Part shown: in pieces, positions 45,851-53,491 of the stretch
Layout of the letters: every line of letters starts with the position of its first letter
Numbering within the stretch: the stretch's first letter is position 1
From: a bacterium
GTDB taxonomy: Bacteria; Chloroflexota; Dehalococcoidia; Tepidiformales; Tepidiformaceae
Direction of reading: 5' to 3'
Length of the DNA: 59,181 nt
NCBI GenBank assembly: GCA_039933735.1
Contig: JBDTNM010000001.1
Coordinates: forward strand, 1-59,181
The notes under the pieces: generated by a model
Told to the model about the DNA's origin: nothing
Seen by the model: only the letters and a program-made list of their open reading frames with translations
Database searches by the model: none
Made by a program: the position numbers and the translations under genes

Positions 45851-46653
45851 CACGACTGCAACGCATCAGCATCCTGGTATGCCTGGTCGCTGCTGTCGGC
45901 GCGCCATTGCTTACCGCGCACGCACTACTGACCCACCTCGGGCCGATGAGTGCCGCGTACCTTTACGCGGCGGGGGAGAGTCCCGGCGTCGCGGCCATGT
46001 TCGCAATGCTGGCGCTGGGGACGCTGCCTGTTGCAGGCGTTGTGTGGTTCGGCGGTCGATGGCTGCACGCCACCCGACGGCTTGCGCACCTCACGGAGTC
46101 TGCCAGAAGCGCGGAACTGCGGGGCATTTCGTATCGACGGATAGACTCGACCGCCCTCCTAGTCTTCGCAGTCGGCATTTGGCGGCCCCAGGTGTATGCG
46201 ACGGCGGGTGCCGAACAGACTTTGGACGACGATCAACTGCATGCGGCGTTGCTGCACGAGGAAGGGCACATTGCCCGTGGCGACACCCGATGGCGGGTTG
46301 CCTTGCTCGCGGCGCGCAGCGCGTTCTGGTTCGCTCCAGGGTTTCGTCGTTCTCTGACTGCGATTATCGCCTCCTCTGAATTCCTTGCGGACGCCCACGC
46401 GCTAAACAACGGTGCATGCCGCCGTGAACTCTTCGAAGCGATCCTAACCGCGGCATCACCAGCGCCAGCACGGTCCTCCGGGCTATCGGGCGGCCCTGTG
46501 AGCGAGCGGCTCGCGCTGATTGTCTCCGGCAACCCGGCACCCCGGCTCGGGGTGGCCAAGCAGGTGTTCGCGGTCCCCCTGAGCTGGGTAGCACTCCCAG
46601 TGTTTGCCCATCTCGTTGTGATGTGCGGCGTGCTCTGCGGCGGCCATCCGTGA
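45847..46653 (+). CDS. M56-family (BlaR1-like) membrane metallopeptidase, no extracellular sensor domain
   Basis: ATGA overlap with the repressor gene. TM helices and the HEEGH zinc motif (AALLHEEGHIARGD). Confidence 0.8.
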   Translation: MTRLQRISILVCLVAAVGAPLLTAHALLTHLGPMSAAYLYAAGESPGVAAMFAMLALGTLPVAGVVWFGGRWLHATRRLAHLTESARSAELRGISYRRIDSTALLVFAVGIWRPQVYATAGAEQTLDDDQLHAALLHEEGHIARGDTRWRVALLAARSAFWFAPGFRRSLTAIIASSEFLADAHALNNGACRRELFEAILTAASPAPARSSGLSGGPVSERLALIVSGNPAPRLGVAKQVFAVPLSWVALPVFAHLVVMCGVLCGGHP

Positions 46654-47031
46654 CGTGACGACGCTGCGACACGGCGAAACTCGTCACGTACGTTGACGGT
46701 CGTGGCGTCGATCGCATACTTCTCACCCACTATTCGATGGGAAAAGCCCAGGCGACGTCCACGGTTCCGGCGAGGAATGTGATTTCGCTGACGCCCCGCA
46801 GGTACTCCGGGCGCGGTTTTGCGGCTCGCCTTGCGTTCGCTCAGATAGGCCGTCAGGACCACATCCGCACTGCGGCCTGCAAAATGGACCTTCCAACAAC
46901 AACGGTGCTCGCTGCCGGGGCGCATGGGCAGCCGCAGGCGTGGTCACGCCGTCTCGTCCACCAACCGAAATGTTACGAAAATCTGGCTGGTCGATCGCCG
47001 CTCCGTCAAAGGACCGATCGGGTACGCTATC

Positions 47032-47048
47032 TACGACCATTGGTAGTA
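47032..47048. promoter_or_regulatory. second copy of the candidate operator (TACGAC-N5-GTAGTA)
   Basis: TACGACCATTGGTAGTA lies 76 nt upstream of the cupredoxin lipoprotein ATG. Its reverse complement differs from the 45404 copy at only the two central positions. Confidence 0.45.
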
Positions 47049-47123
47049 GCAACCCAAGCCACCCCGTGTTCTCATTTCGAGAGTATCGATGACGTGGCTC
47101 GCGGTCGACGGAGGAGTTAGCAA

Positions 47124-47621
47124 ATGAAACGAACATCTGCGGTAGCGGTGGTGCTCGCATTGGCGGCCGTCGGCCTGCTTTTTGCGAGTTGCGGGGACGA
47201 CGACGACACGCACGGCATGGGCGGCGGCAGCAACATGGGCGGTGGTGGCATGGACAGTGGGATGATGGACGGGGCACCCAACGGCGCGATCCTCGTCCGT
47301 CTCTCGAATTGGACCATCGACTCCGCCAAGTCTTCAACGAAGGCGGGCGAGGTGACGTTTCGCGCCGTCCACGACATGCACGACATGCACACCGACGACG
47401 CTGGGAAAACGCACGAGCTGGTAGTCGCACGGAAAAACAAGGACGGCACGTTCGATGTCGTGGGCGAGGCGGAGGACATCGGTGTGGGCGAACACAAGGA
47501 CTTGACCGTCAAGCTTGAAAAGGGCGAATACGAACTGCAGTGCAATGTCGTAGAACAGATAAACGGCAAGGCTGTGTCGCATTACCAGAACGGCATGCAC
47601 ATCAAGTTCACGGTTACGTAG
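47124..47621 (+). CDS. cupredoxin-like copper-binding lipoprotein
   Basis: Lipobox LLFASC, then a Met/Gly-rich stretch (HGMGGGSNMGGGGMDSGMMDG). C-terminal YELQCN...SHYQNGM matches the Cys...His-x4-Met type-1 copper ligand spacing. Confidence 0.7.
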   Translation: MKRTSAVAVVLALAAVGLLFASCGDDDDTHGMGGGSNMGGGGMDSGMMDGAPNGAILVRLSNWTIDSAKSSTKAGEVTFRAVHDMHDMHTDDAGKTHELVVARKNKDGTFDVVGEAEDIGVGEHKDLTVKLEKGEYELQCNVVEQINGKAVSHYQNGMHIKFTVT

Positions 47622-47740
47622 GAGCACAGCCATGGCAGGAATGCCCACTATCGCGCTGACAGAGGTCGGGCCTCCGGCGTTCGAGTCTGAAACAGGCATC
47701 AGCAGCGGAGTCGGCGTGACCGCTCAGCAGTACGTGGTTC

Positions 47741-47923
47741 ATGTTCAGCATGATGGCTGTCTTCTGGATCGGGGTCATCGCATTCGGCTGGTGGGCAATC
47801 ACAAGCTACAACCATCGCCACGAAAGTTCCCGCGAAAGCCCGCTGGATGTGGCCAAGCACCGTTACGCCCGCGGCGAAATCAGTGCGGAAGAATTCGAGC
47901 GGCTGAAACGCGATTTGGGATAG
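47741..47923 (+). CDS. SHOCT-domain small membrane protein
   Basis: One TM, then LDVAKHRYARGEISAEEFERLKRDLG, the SHOCT motif. Confidence 0.7.
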   Translation: MFSMMAVFWIGVIAFGWWAITSYNHRHESSRESPLDVAKHRYARGEISAEEFERLKRDLG

Positions 47924-48153
47924 GCGAGGACCGCAATTGTCGCTCATCTCCCTTGGCGCGAGATAAGTTGCTCGGCTCCGTTTTAAACGGAGACCGCGCA
48001 TATGACGTCTGAAGCAGTGGCTTAGGAGGCTGAGAAACGTTGGGAGAAGATCTCAGTAGGACGTTCTCGCAACATCTGAACCTCCGGCCCAACCTGAGCA
48101 AACGAACACGAACAAGCGATCGTGGTGGCTGGGTGGAGAGTGACAGCGGAAGA

Positions 48154-48561
48154 ATGGAGCGCGACGATGTACTCGTGACCGACGTGACAAATCGCTTAGT
48201 GACCGTCGTGTTGACGGTCTCGGACCTAGATAGTGCCATTCGACTCTATTCCGAAGGCTTCGGACTCCAACTGCACCGGGACGACCATGAAGGCGACGAT
48301 TTGTGGACCAGCGGCCCTCATGCCGCGACATCCTGGAGGGAGGGAGCCTTCATGCATTTCGCTTTGTACCAGGCGAAGGCTGAAGTAACGAACGGGGCCC
48401 AGGTGGCATTCCGGGTGACCGACCTGGATTCCGCCCATCAGCGTGCCGTTGCCGCAGGAGCAACCGTGATTCACGAACCGAAGGTTCAGCCTTGGGGACG
48501 GTCAGCGAGATATCGTGACGACGATGGCAATGTCGTTGAATTGACGCAACAGGGCCGTTAG
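48154..48561 (+). CDS. VOC / glyoxalase-bleomycin-resistance family protein
   Basis: ORF 48040..48561; ATG 48154 preferred. VLTVSDLDSAIRLYSEGFGL...AFRVTDLDSAHQRAVAAGATVIHEP...WGRSARYRDDDGNVVEL. Confidence 0.75.
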   Translation: MERDDVLVTDVTNRLVTVVLTVSDLDSAIRLYSEGFGLQLHRDDHEGDDLWTSGPHAATSWREGAFMHFALYQAKAEVTNGAQVAFRVTDLDSAHQRAVAAGATVIHEPKVQPWGRSARYRDDDGNVVELTQQGR

Positions 48562-48609
48562 CACCATGAGCGGTTCGTGGTGAGTCTTGGAGGTTGAGAT
48601 TCGGGCCCT

Positions 48610-49465
48610 CTAAAGGATGGATTCCAAGAACTGTTTTAGGTCCGCCAGGTATGGCCGCGGGATGACCGCAGAGATCACGTGGCCAACGGTTTCGAAATAC
48701 GTCGCCGAATACGCCAAACCCGCGTCGTCGAGCGACTGCAAGCCCTCCCGCCGAATCATGCTGCCCAGCGCCGGATTGCCGTGCGCGATGTGAACCGCGC
48801 ACTTCAGGTTCGATGTGATGTCTCGCGCCTCTTCATCCGACCAGGCCCAGCCGTCGATTATAGCCGCGACTTCGTACCAGGCAGGGTCGGTGTTCATCCC
48901 CGAGCGCGCGGCATGAATCAGCTGTTCCGGACTCTCGATGTCCATGAATTTGCCAGCGCCGAAGTCGATTTTGCCCCGCCGCGAAAGCACGTTGAAATGC
49001 GCTCATGTTCTTCTCGACCGACATCCTCGCCACTCGACCCATCGCAGGGAGCGCCCGAAACAAAGGAATCCTTCGCGCGACGCTGTCGGCCCCCACGAAA
49101 GGCACACAGTCTTCGCTGTAGATTCCGCGAACGAGCTCGGGACATCGAACGGCAGCGCCAAACGCCGCGTGTCCACCTTGCGAATGGCCGATAAGAATCG
49201 CCCGTCCCACGACTTGGCGAAGAAACCCTGCGCACTCGTCCGCAAAGTCGCTCAGGCTGTAGGCAGCGCTCGGCGACCAGCCCGAACGTCCATGGCCTCG
49301 CTGCTCCACAACGTAGCACGTGAAATCCGCCATCAAGTGAGGGACCAAAGCCTCCCAATACACCGAGGATTGCGCACCACCAGGGATAAAGACGAGTGAT
49401 GGGCCGCTTCCTTCTACTTCGTAGACGAGCGGGATTCCACCGATAGTCACGCTCTTGGCCGCCAT
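48610..49465 (-). pseudogene. alpha/beta hydrolase split by a frameshift
   Basis: ORF 48833..49465 carries the N-terminal part (LVFIPGG, RGHGRS, LIGHSQGG). ORF 48610..48990 in another frame carries the C-terminal part (VHIAHGNPALGSMI, ETVGH). The frames overlap around 48960-49020. Confidence 0.6.
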
Positions 49466-49624
49466 GGAGCACCGCCGCGCAGGAAGTTCGCGGGATGGTA
49501 CTCAGAACGAGAAAGCGATTCAAACCCGCGTTCATGTTCGTGTTCGGCCATTGCGACAACTGTCGCCTACATGACGCGATGGTCTCGGCGATGACGCTCT
49601 CGTCGGTCACTCTCTCCTGGCGAG

Positions 49625-49768
49625 GTGAGTGTGGTGGCAGTGGTGATTGGGATCAGCGAAATCCTTCTGGCGACGGTGCTCTTCGCCCACGGCCTGGATG
49701 CGATGGCCGGCGTGGCGCTGACGCTGGGACTCTGGATTCTTGGGCGCTCACTCCGACGTAGCGAGTGA
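49625..49768 (+). CDS. small hydrophobic ORF (about 46-48 aa, two TM)
   Basis: Own translation: (V)SVVAVVIGISEILLATVLFAHGLDAMAGVALTLGLWILGRSLRRSE. GC3-rich codons, GAGG just upstream of GTG 49631. Below the ORF-track length cut-off. Confidence 0.3.
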   Translation: MSVVAVVIGISEILLATVLFAHGLDAMAGVALTLGLWILGRSLRRSE

Positions 49769-49786
49769 CATCGAGGTCTCGGAATA

Positions 49787-49996
49787 GTGGAGCCGCCATC
49801 GTCTCCTGAGGGCATGAGTCTCAATGGAAACCGTTTCAAAGTCTCTGACCACACCAGGCCGTGTCCCGAGTGTCTTGGCTATCCATCATTGAAGCCGTTC
49901 GATGGACGCCTGCGGCCGGAATGTGCCACTTGCAACGGTCAGGGCTCGGTACCGCGTAAACTCCCAACACCACTACCGAGCGAATCCGATGCGTGA
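49787..49996 (+). CDS. small zinc-finger-like protein
   Basis: CPECLGYP ... CATCNGQG, DnaJ-type CxxCxGxG-like knuckles. The start may be the internal ATG (MSLNGN). Confidence 0.4.
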   Translation: MEPPSSPEGMSLNGNRFKVSDHTRPCPECLGYPSLKPFDGRLRPECATCNGQGSVPRKLPTPLPSESDA

Positions 49997-50228
49997 CCTT
50001 TCGTTTCAAGAAGCCCTCGATGACCCGGAGTTGCCGTTCCAACAGTTCGTTCAGGGCTGCTTAGACCTCTGGAATCGGGCGGTCGAGATTTATGAAGCTG
50101 CAGGGAGCCCGAACGGTCCCGCTGAGGACGGCGACAACCTGGCCTCCTGGGTGCTCGCCAAGCTCAATGCGCTCGCAGCAATTGGCGAAGCCGAAGAACT
50201 GCTCGGACTCGATGAGTGCGAGGAGTAG
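49989..50228 (+). CDS. small acidic hypothetical protein
   Basis: ATG 49989 overlaps the previous stop by 8 nt. MRDLSFQEALDDPELPFQQFVQGCLDLWNRAVEIYEAAG... Confidence 0.4.
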   Translation: MRDLSFQEALDDPELPFQQFVQGCLDLWNRAVEIYEAAGSPNGPAEDGDNLASWVLAKLNALAAIGEAEELLGLDECEE

Positions 50229-50620
50229 CGGCGGCGTTCGTTTGTGTCCTCGTCCTGGTGTCTTCAGGGTGCTCGAATGACCCTGCCCGTCCTGTCGTCG
50301 ATGCTCCAACGGCAGCGATCCCGACGCTCACCGACGGCCTGGGCCGATGGCTAAAGACGGAAAGACAAGAACGCCTTGCAGACCTCGTCGTGACGACCGC
50401 GAAGGAGCATGGCTGGGCGGCAGGTTGCGTATTCCGCTACCACGCTGATCAATCGATCCTCGATGAGTTCCCACGTCCGCCCGGGAAAGCTGCATACTCC
50501 TTCGTCAGCGATCCCAGGCTCGCGCCGGCAATCGTCGTCTTTGTCGAAGGTCCGGTAAGAACAGGTGGGAGCTTCAATGAAGTCCTGGCCGGGGCCGACT
50601 TCTGCTACGTGCCTGAGTGA
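50216..50620 (+). CDS. putative lipoprotein
   Basis: GTG start overlapping the previous gene. Signal peptide and lipobox AAAFVCVLVLVSSGC. Confidence 0.55.
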   Translation: MRGVAAAFVCVLVLVSSGCSNDPARPVVDAPTAAIPTLTDGLGRWLKTERQERLADLVVTTAKEHGWAAGCVFRYHADQSILDEFPRPPGKAAYSFVSDPRLAPAIVVFVEGPVRTGGSFNEVLAGADFCYVPE

Positions 50621-50834
50621 CGCTATGGCAGCAGCCGTTTCACGGGGACTTAGTCGCGTCTCCTAGGCAAGAACCGCGAACGCTGGGCCTGAAATCATCG
50701 AGGCGCCTGGATTCCCGCTCCGGAATGGCCGATTCGGGCCTTTCGGGCAAAATGGCAATGCGCGCGCTTCGTTCACGCTTTCTGTAAGAGTTTGGCAAGG
50801 TTTAGAAGGCTTTCTCTGGACATACTCACGAGAC

Positions 50835-51620
50835 ATGGTCGACGCCTGTCACTCGACATTCTCTCCGCGCCTCTGGGTGTACACGAACTTCGATTGCAAT
50901 CTCTCATGCAGCTATTGCTGTGCGTCTTCGAGTCCGCGCGCGGAACGGCGTTCGCTGAGCCTGCATGCCTTCCGGCAACTGATCGACGAGGCACAGGCCA
51001 ACGATATCGAGGAAGTGTTCCTTACGGGCGGCGAGCCGTTCCTTTTGCCGGACATCGGTGAGCGCATTCGATATGCGGCGGAGAGAATTCAAACGACGGT
51101 TCTCACCAACGCGATGCTCTTCAAAGGATCGCGACTGGCGACCGTAGAGTCGCTTTCAGACGTACCCGTTCGTTTCCAGGTGAGTCTCGATGGCCCGAGC
51201 GCCGAAGCCCACGACACAATTCGCGGCGCCGGAACCTGGGCGAAAGCGGTGACAGGCATTTGCCAGCTTCGCGGGCTTGGATTCCGCGTCTCCATAAGCA
51301 CGACCGAAACACACGCAAACGCTGATGTCCTCGAACAAACAAGGGCGTTCGTTGCGAGTCTCGGGGTGGCTGAAGAAGACTATTTCGTCCGGCCATTGGC
51401 GAAGCGGGGATTCTCGACCTCAGGGATGGAAGTCACCGCTGCCAGCCTCGAACCGGAGATCACGGTGAGCCGGGACGGTGTGTTCTGGCACCCACTGGCC
51501 TGTGAGGACGACCTTCTGGTCACGCGAAAGGTCTTTCCCTTCGCGAACGCGCTCAGTGAAACACACGCACTCTTCCACCAGGTGCTGGACGCGGGGGGGC
51601 TGCCCCAGCGATTCAGGTGA
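50835..51620 (+). CDS. radical SAM enzyme (no SPASM-type C-terminal Cys cluster seen)
   Basis: YTNFDCNLSCSYCC (CxxxCxxC), EEVFLTGGEPFL (GGE SAM-binding motif), QVSLDG. Length 261 aa. Confidence 0.8.
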   Translation: MVDACHSTFSPRLWVYTNFDCNLSCSYCCASSSPRAERRSLSLHAFRQLIDEAQANDIEEVFLTGGEPFLLPDIGERIRYAAERIQTTVLTNAMLFKGSRLATVESLSDVPVRFQVSLDGPSAEAHDTIRGAGTWAKAVTGICQLRGLGFRVSISTTETHANADVLEQTRAFVASLGVAEEDYFVRPLAKRGFSTSGMEVTAASLEPEITVSRDGVFWHPLACEDDLLVTRKVFPFANALSETHALFHQVLDAGGLPQRFR

Positions 51621-51669
51621 GGATAGCCCTGGCTCCCGTTGGGAGCCGTAAATTCTTTCGGAGGAACGA

Positions 51670-51918
51670 ATGGCAGTTAGAGCATTTGTACTTATTGAAG
51701 CCGACCAGACGCGGGTGCAGGAGCTGCGGGAAGGCCTCCCCGAGATTCAGCTGGATGGTTCGCGCGTGATCCGTGCCGAAATCGTTACGGGTCCCTATGA
51801 CCTCGTGGCGGAGGTCGAAAGCACGGACCTTTCGCAACTCGGTCACTGAATTAGCGAAGGCATTGCGAGCGCCGGTGGCGTTCGACGAGTAACAACGATG
51901 TTGATCGTGGACTTCTAG
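51670..51918 (+). pseudogene. stand-alone Lrp/AsnC ligand-binding (RAM) domain gene interrupted by an in-frame TGA at 51847-51849
   Basis: Own translation: MAVRAFVLIEADQTRVQELREGLPEIQLDGSRVIRAEIVTGPYDLVAEVESTDLSQLGH-TGA-ISEGIASAGGVRRVTTMLIVDF-TAG. GGAGGA lies 5 nt upstream. Family-like sequence continues in the same frame after the TGA, and the final TAG abuts the next ATG. Confidence 0.6.
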
Positions 51919-52488
51919 ATGGAATCTCAAAGTTTTGTTGACACAACTGATGGGCTCGAACGATGGCAACAGCGATCCGTTCCGCTCGCGATCATGCTGT
52001 TGAGAGTCACGTTTGGCCTCCTCTTCCTTGCGAACGGTCTCGCCAAGCTTCCGGGATTCGAAGACCTCAACTACGCGCCGTTCCCAGGATTCTTGATTAG
52101 TTACGACGGAGCGCGGAACAGCCTCGCCTCCGATACGAGCAATCACCCCGTCGGGCTTTACAGGGATTTCGTCAATGACGTAATTCTGAAGCACTATGCG
52201 CCGTTCGGGGTGGCTCTTGTGGCCACTGAAATTGGAGTCGGGTTACTGCTTGTCGGTGGCGCGTTTTCAAGCGCTGCGGCGCTCATTGGATTTGCCAGCC
52301 TGTTCCACATCTGGTTCGCAAACTGGGGCCGCTACGAAGGCCGTTCGCTTTGGGCATGGGAGGGGCCAATCGAATGGCTCCCCTTGCTTGCACTGGCATT
52401 CATGGCCGCGGGCCGCTTCTACGGACTCGATCGTGCCGTCGCCAGGCGACTGCCCGGGCGATGGAGACGCTGGCCGCTCATTCGGTGA
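51919..52488 (+). CDS. DoxX-family membrane protein
   Basis: LLRVTFGLLFLANGLAKL, then further TM segments (VALVATEIGVGLLLVGG, LPLLALAFMAAGRFYGLD), typical of DoxX/DoxD. Confidence 0.7.
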   Translation: MESQSFVDTTDGLERWQQRSVPLAIMLLRVTFGLLFLANGLAKLPGFEDLNYAPFPGFLISYDGARNSLASDTSNHPVGLYRDFVNDVILKHYAPFGVALVATEIGVGLLLVGGAFSSAAALIGFASLFHIWFANWGRYEGRSLWAWEGPIEWLPLLALAFMAAGRFYGLDRAVARRLPGRWRRWPLIR

Positions 52489-52647
52489 TCGACGGTTGTC
52501 GGCATTCGGCGCAGCCTCGCCGGGCGAAGGTCGGCGAACAGGCAACGACTGGATTTGAACAGACCATCCAGACCCAAGTCTGACCCCCGTGCCGCCGCGT
52601 CTCCCCTGCCACCCACACGAATGTGCCTTCGTGGTGGGCTCAACCGG

Positions 52648-52944
52648 CTAGATGTGCTGAGGTCGGGCCGAGCTGCTCGCTGCTGCTGCGGCTTGCAGGG
52701 CGACGGAAATCCGATCTGTTTGGATTTCGACGTTGTGGCGTTGGCGAACTGGCAGCTCGCTTGCGATGACGAGTAACGCAACGACGGTCGCGTCTAGCGC
52801 CGTCACTAGCGGCTGAATTTCGACACGGATCGAGTTCGCCTCAGGGTTTGAACGGACAAGACCAAATGGCTTGCCATTCTTGTGCGTGAGACGCCAGAGG
52901 CGCCAAGAATCGCCGATCGTTGCCGCGTGACTAAGAACGGCCAT
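52648..52944 (-). CDS. hypothetical protein (98 aa)
   Basis: Internal ATG 52944 of ORF 52648..53145 is preceded by AGGAGA at 6 nt. No motif recognised. Confidence 0.4.
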   Translation of the reverse strand: MAVLSHAATIGDSWRLWRLTHKNGKPFGLVRSNPEANSIRVEIQPLVTALDATVVALLVIASELPVRQRHNVEIQTDRISVALQAAAAASSSARPQHI

Positions 52945-53491
52945 TTTTAGTCTCCTAGTACAGCCGAGTGCTATCAGGAGAACGCGCCGCGCCGGCGTGA
53001 GTAACGCGGGGATCAATCTGACAGCCCGCCCATTAACCGAGCCCTCCACCACGCAGCGTTCGTGTTCACCGACTCTTCGCCTCTCAAGATGGTGGCGAAG
53101 GCTGGAGGCATCGACGGAATTCGACAGCGAGTGCAACCCCGACAAGGCATCCGATTGCCTCGATCGCAGGCGCAGTACGCAGCCTTATGAGTTCGCCGTG
53201 GGGAAGGGCTCGAGCCAGCCTCAAAAATCATATGCGTACTGGTCATGAGACCGCGCGCATCTCTCCTAGTACTTCGAGCTGAATCGTCACCATAGTAAGG
53301 GGCGACGGTTGAGGTTCCCCTTCAAGACCGAAGATGGCTTCCCCAACTTGGGGCATCTCCTCGCCACCTGAACCATTCGTGACGTCCTCTTGTGCGTACG
53401 CAGAAAGTCCCGGCTGCACGAGGTACAAGCCGGGACTCCTGTTCATCGCCCACGACCACAGTCGCGAGAGCGGGCAAGTGTTTTGGGAGAC

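Noticed and set aside
46654-47123. 470-bp stretch between the M56 peptidase and the cupredoxin gene, with ORFs on both strands (46737..47120 +, 46233..46925 -).
   Set aside because: Neither translation shows a recognisable motif or a convincing start/SD. The stretch is treated as non-coding or decayed sequence that contains the operator candidate.
51847-51849. Selenocysteine or alternative genetic code reading of the in-frame TGA.
   Set aside because: I saw no obvious SECIS-like hairpin immediately downstream, and no sel genes in the window. TGA serves as the ordinary stop for many neighbouring genes (for example at 13199, 45848 and 49994). A nonsense mutation, an error or read-through is more parsimonious.
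51613-52194. 193-aa minus-strand ORF.
   Set aside because: It is antisense to the RAM-domain and DoxX genes, which have an SD, family motifs and tight coupling. Its own translation shows no motif.
53243-53446. 67-aa minus-strand ORF upstream of the 52648..52944 gene.
   Set aside because: No SD and no motif, with a borderline length. It cannot be distinguished from a chance ORF.
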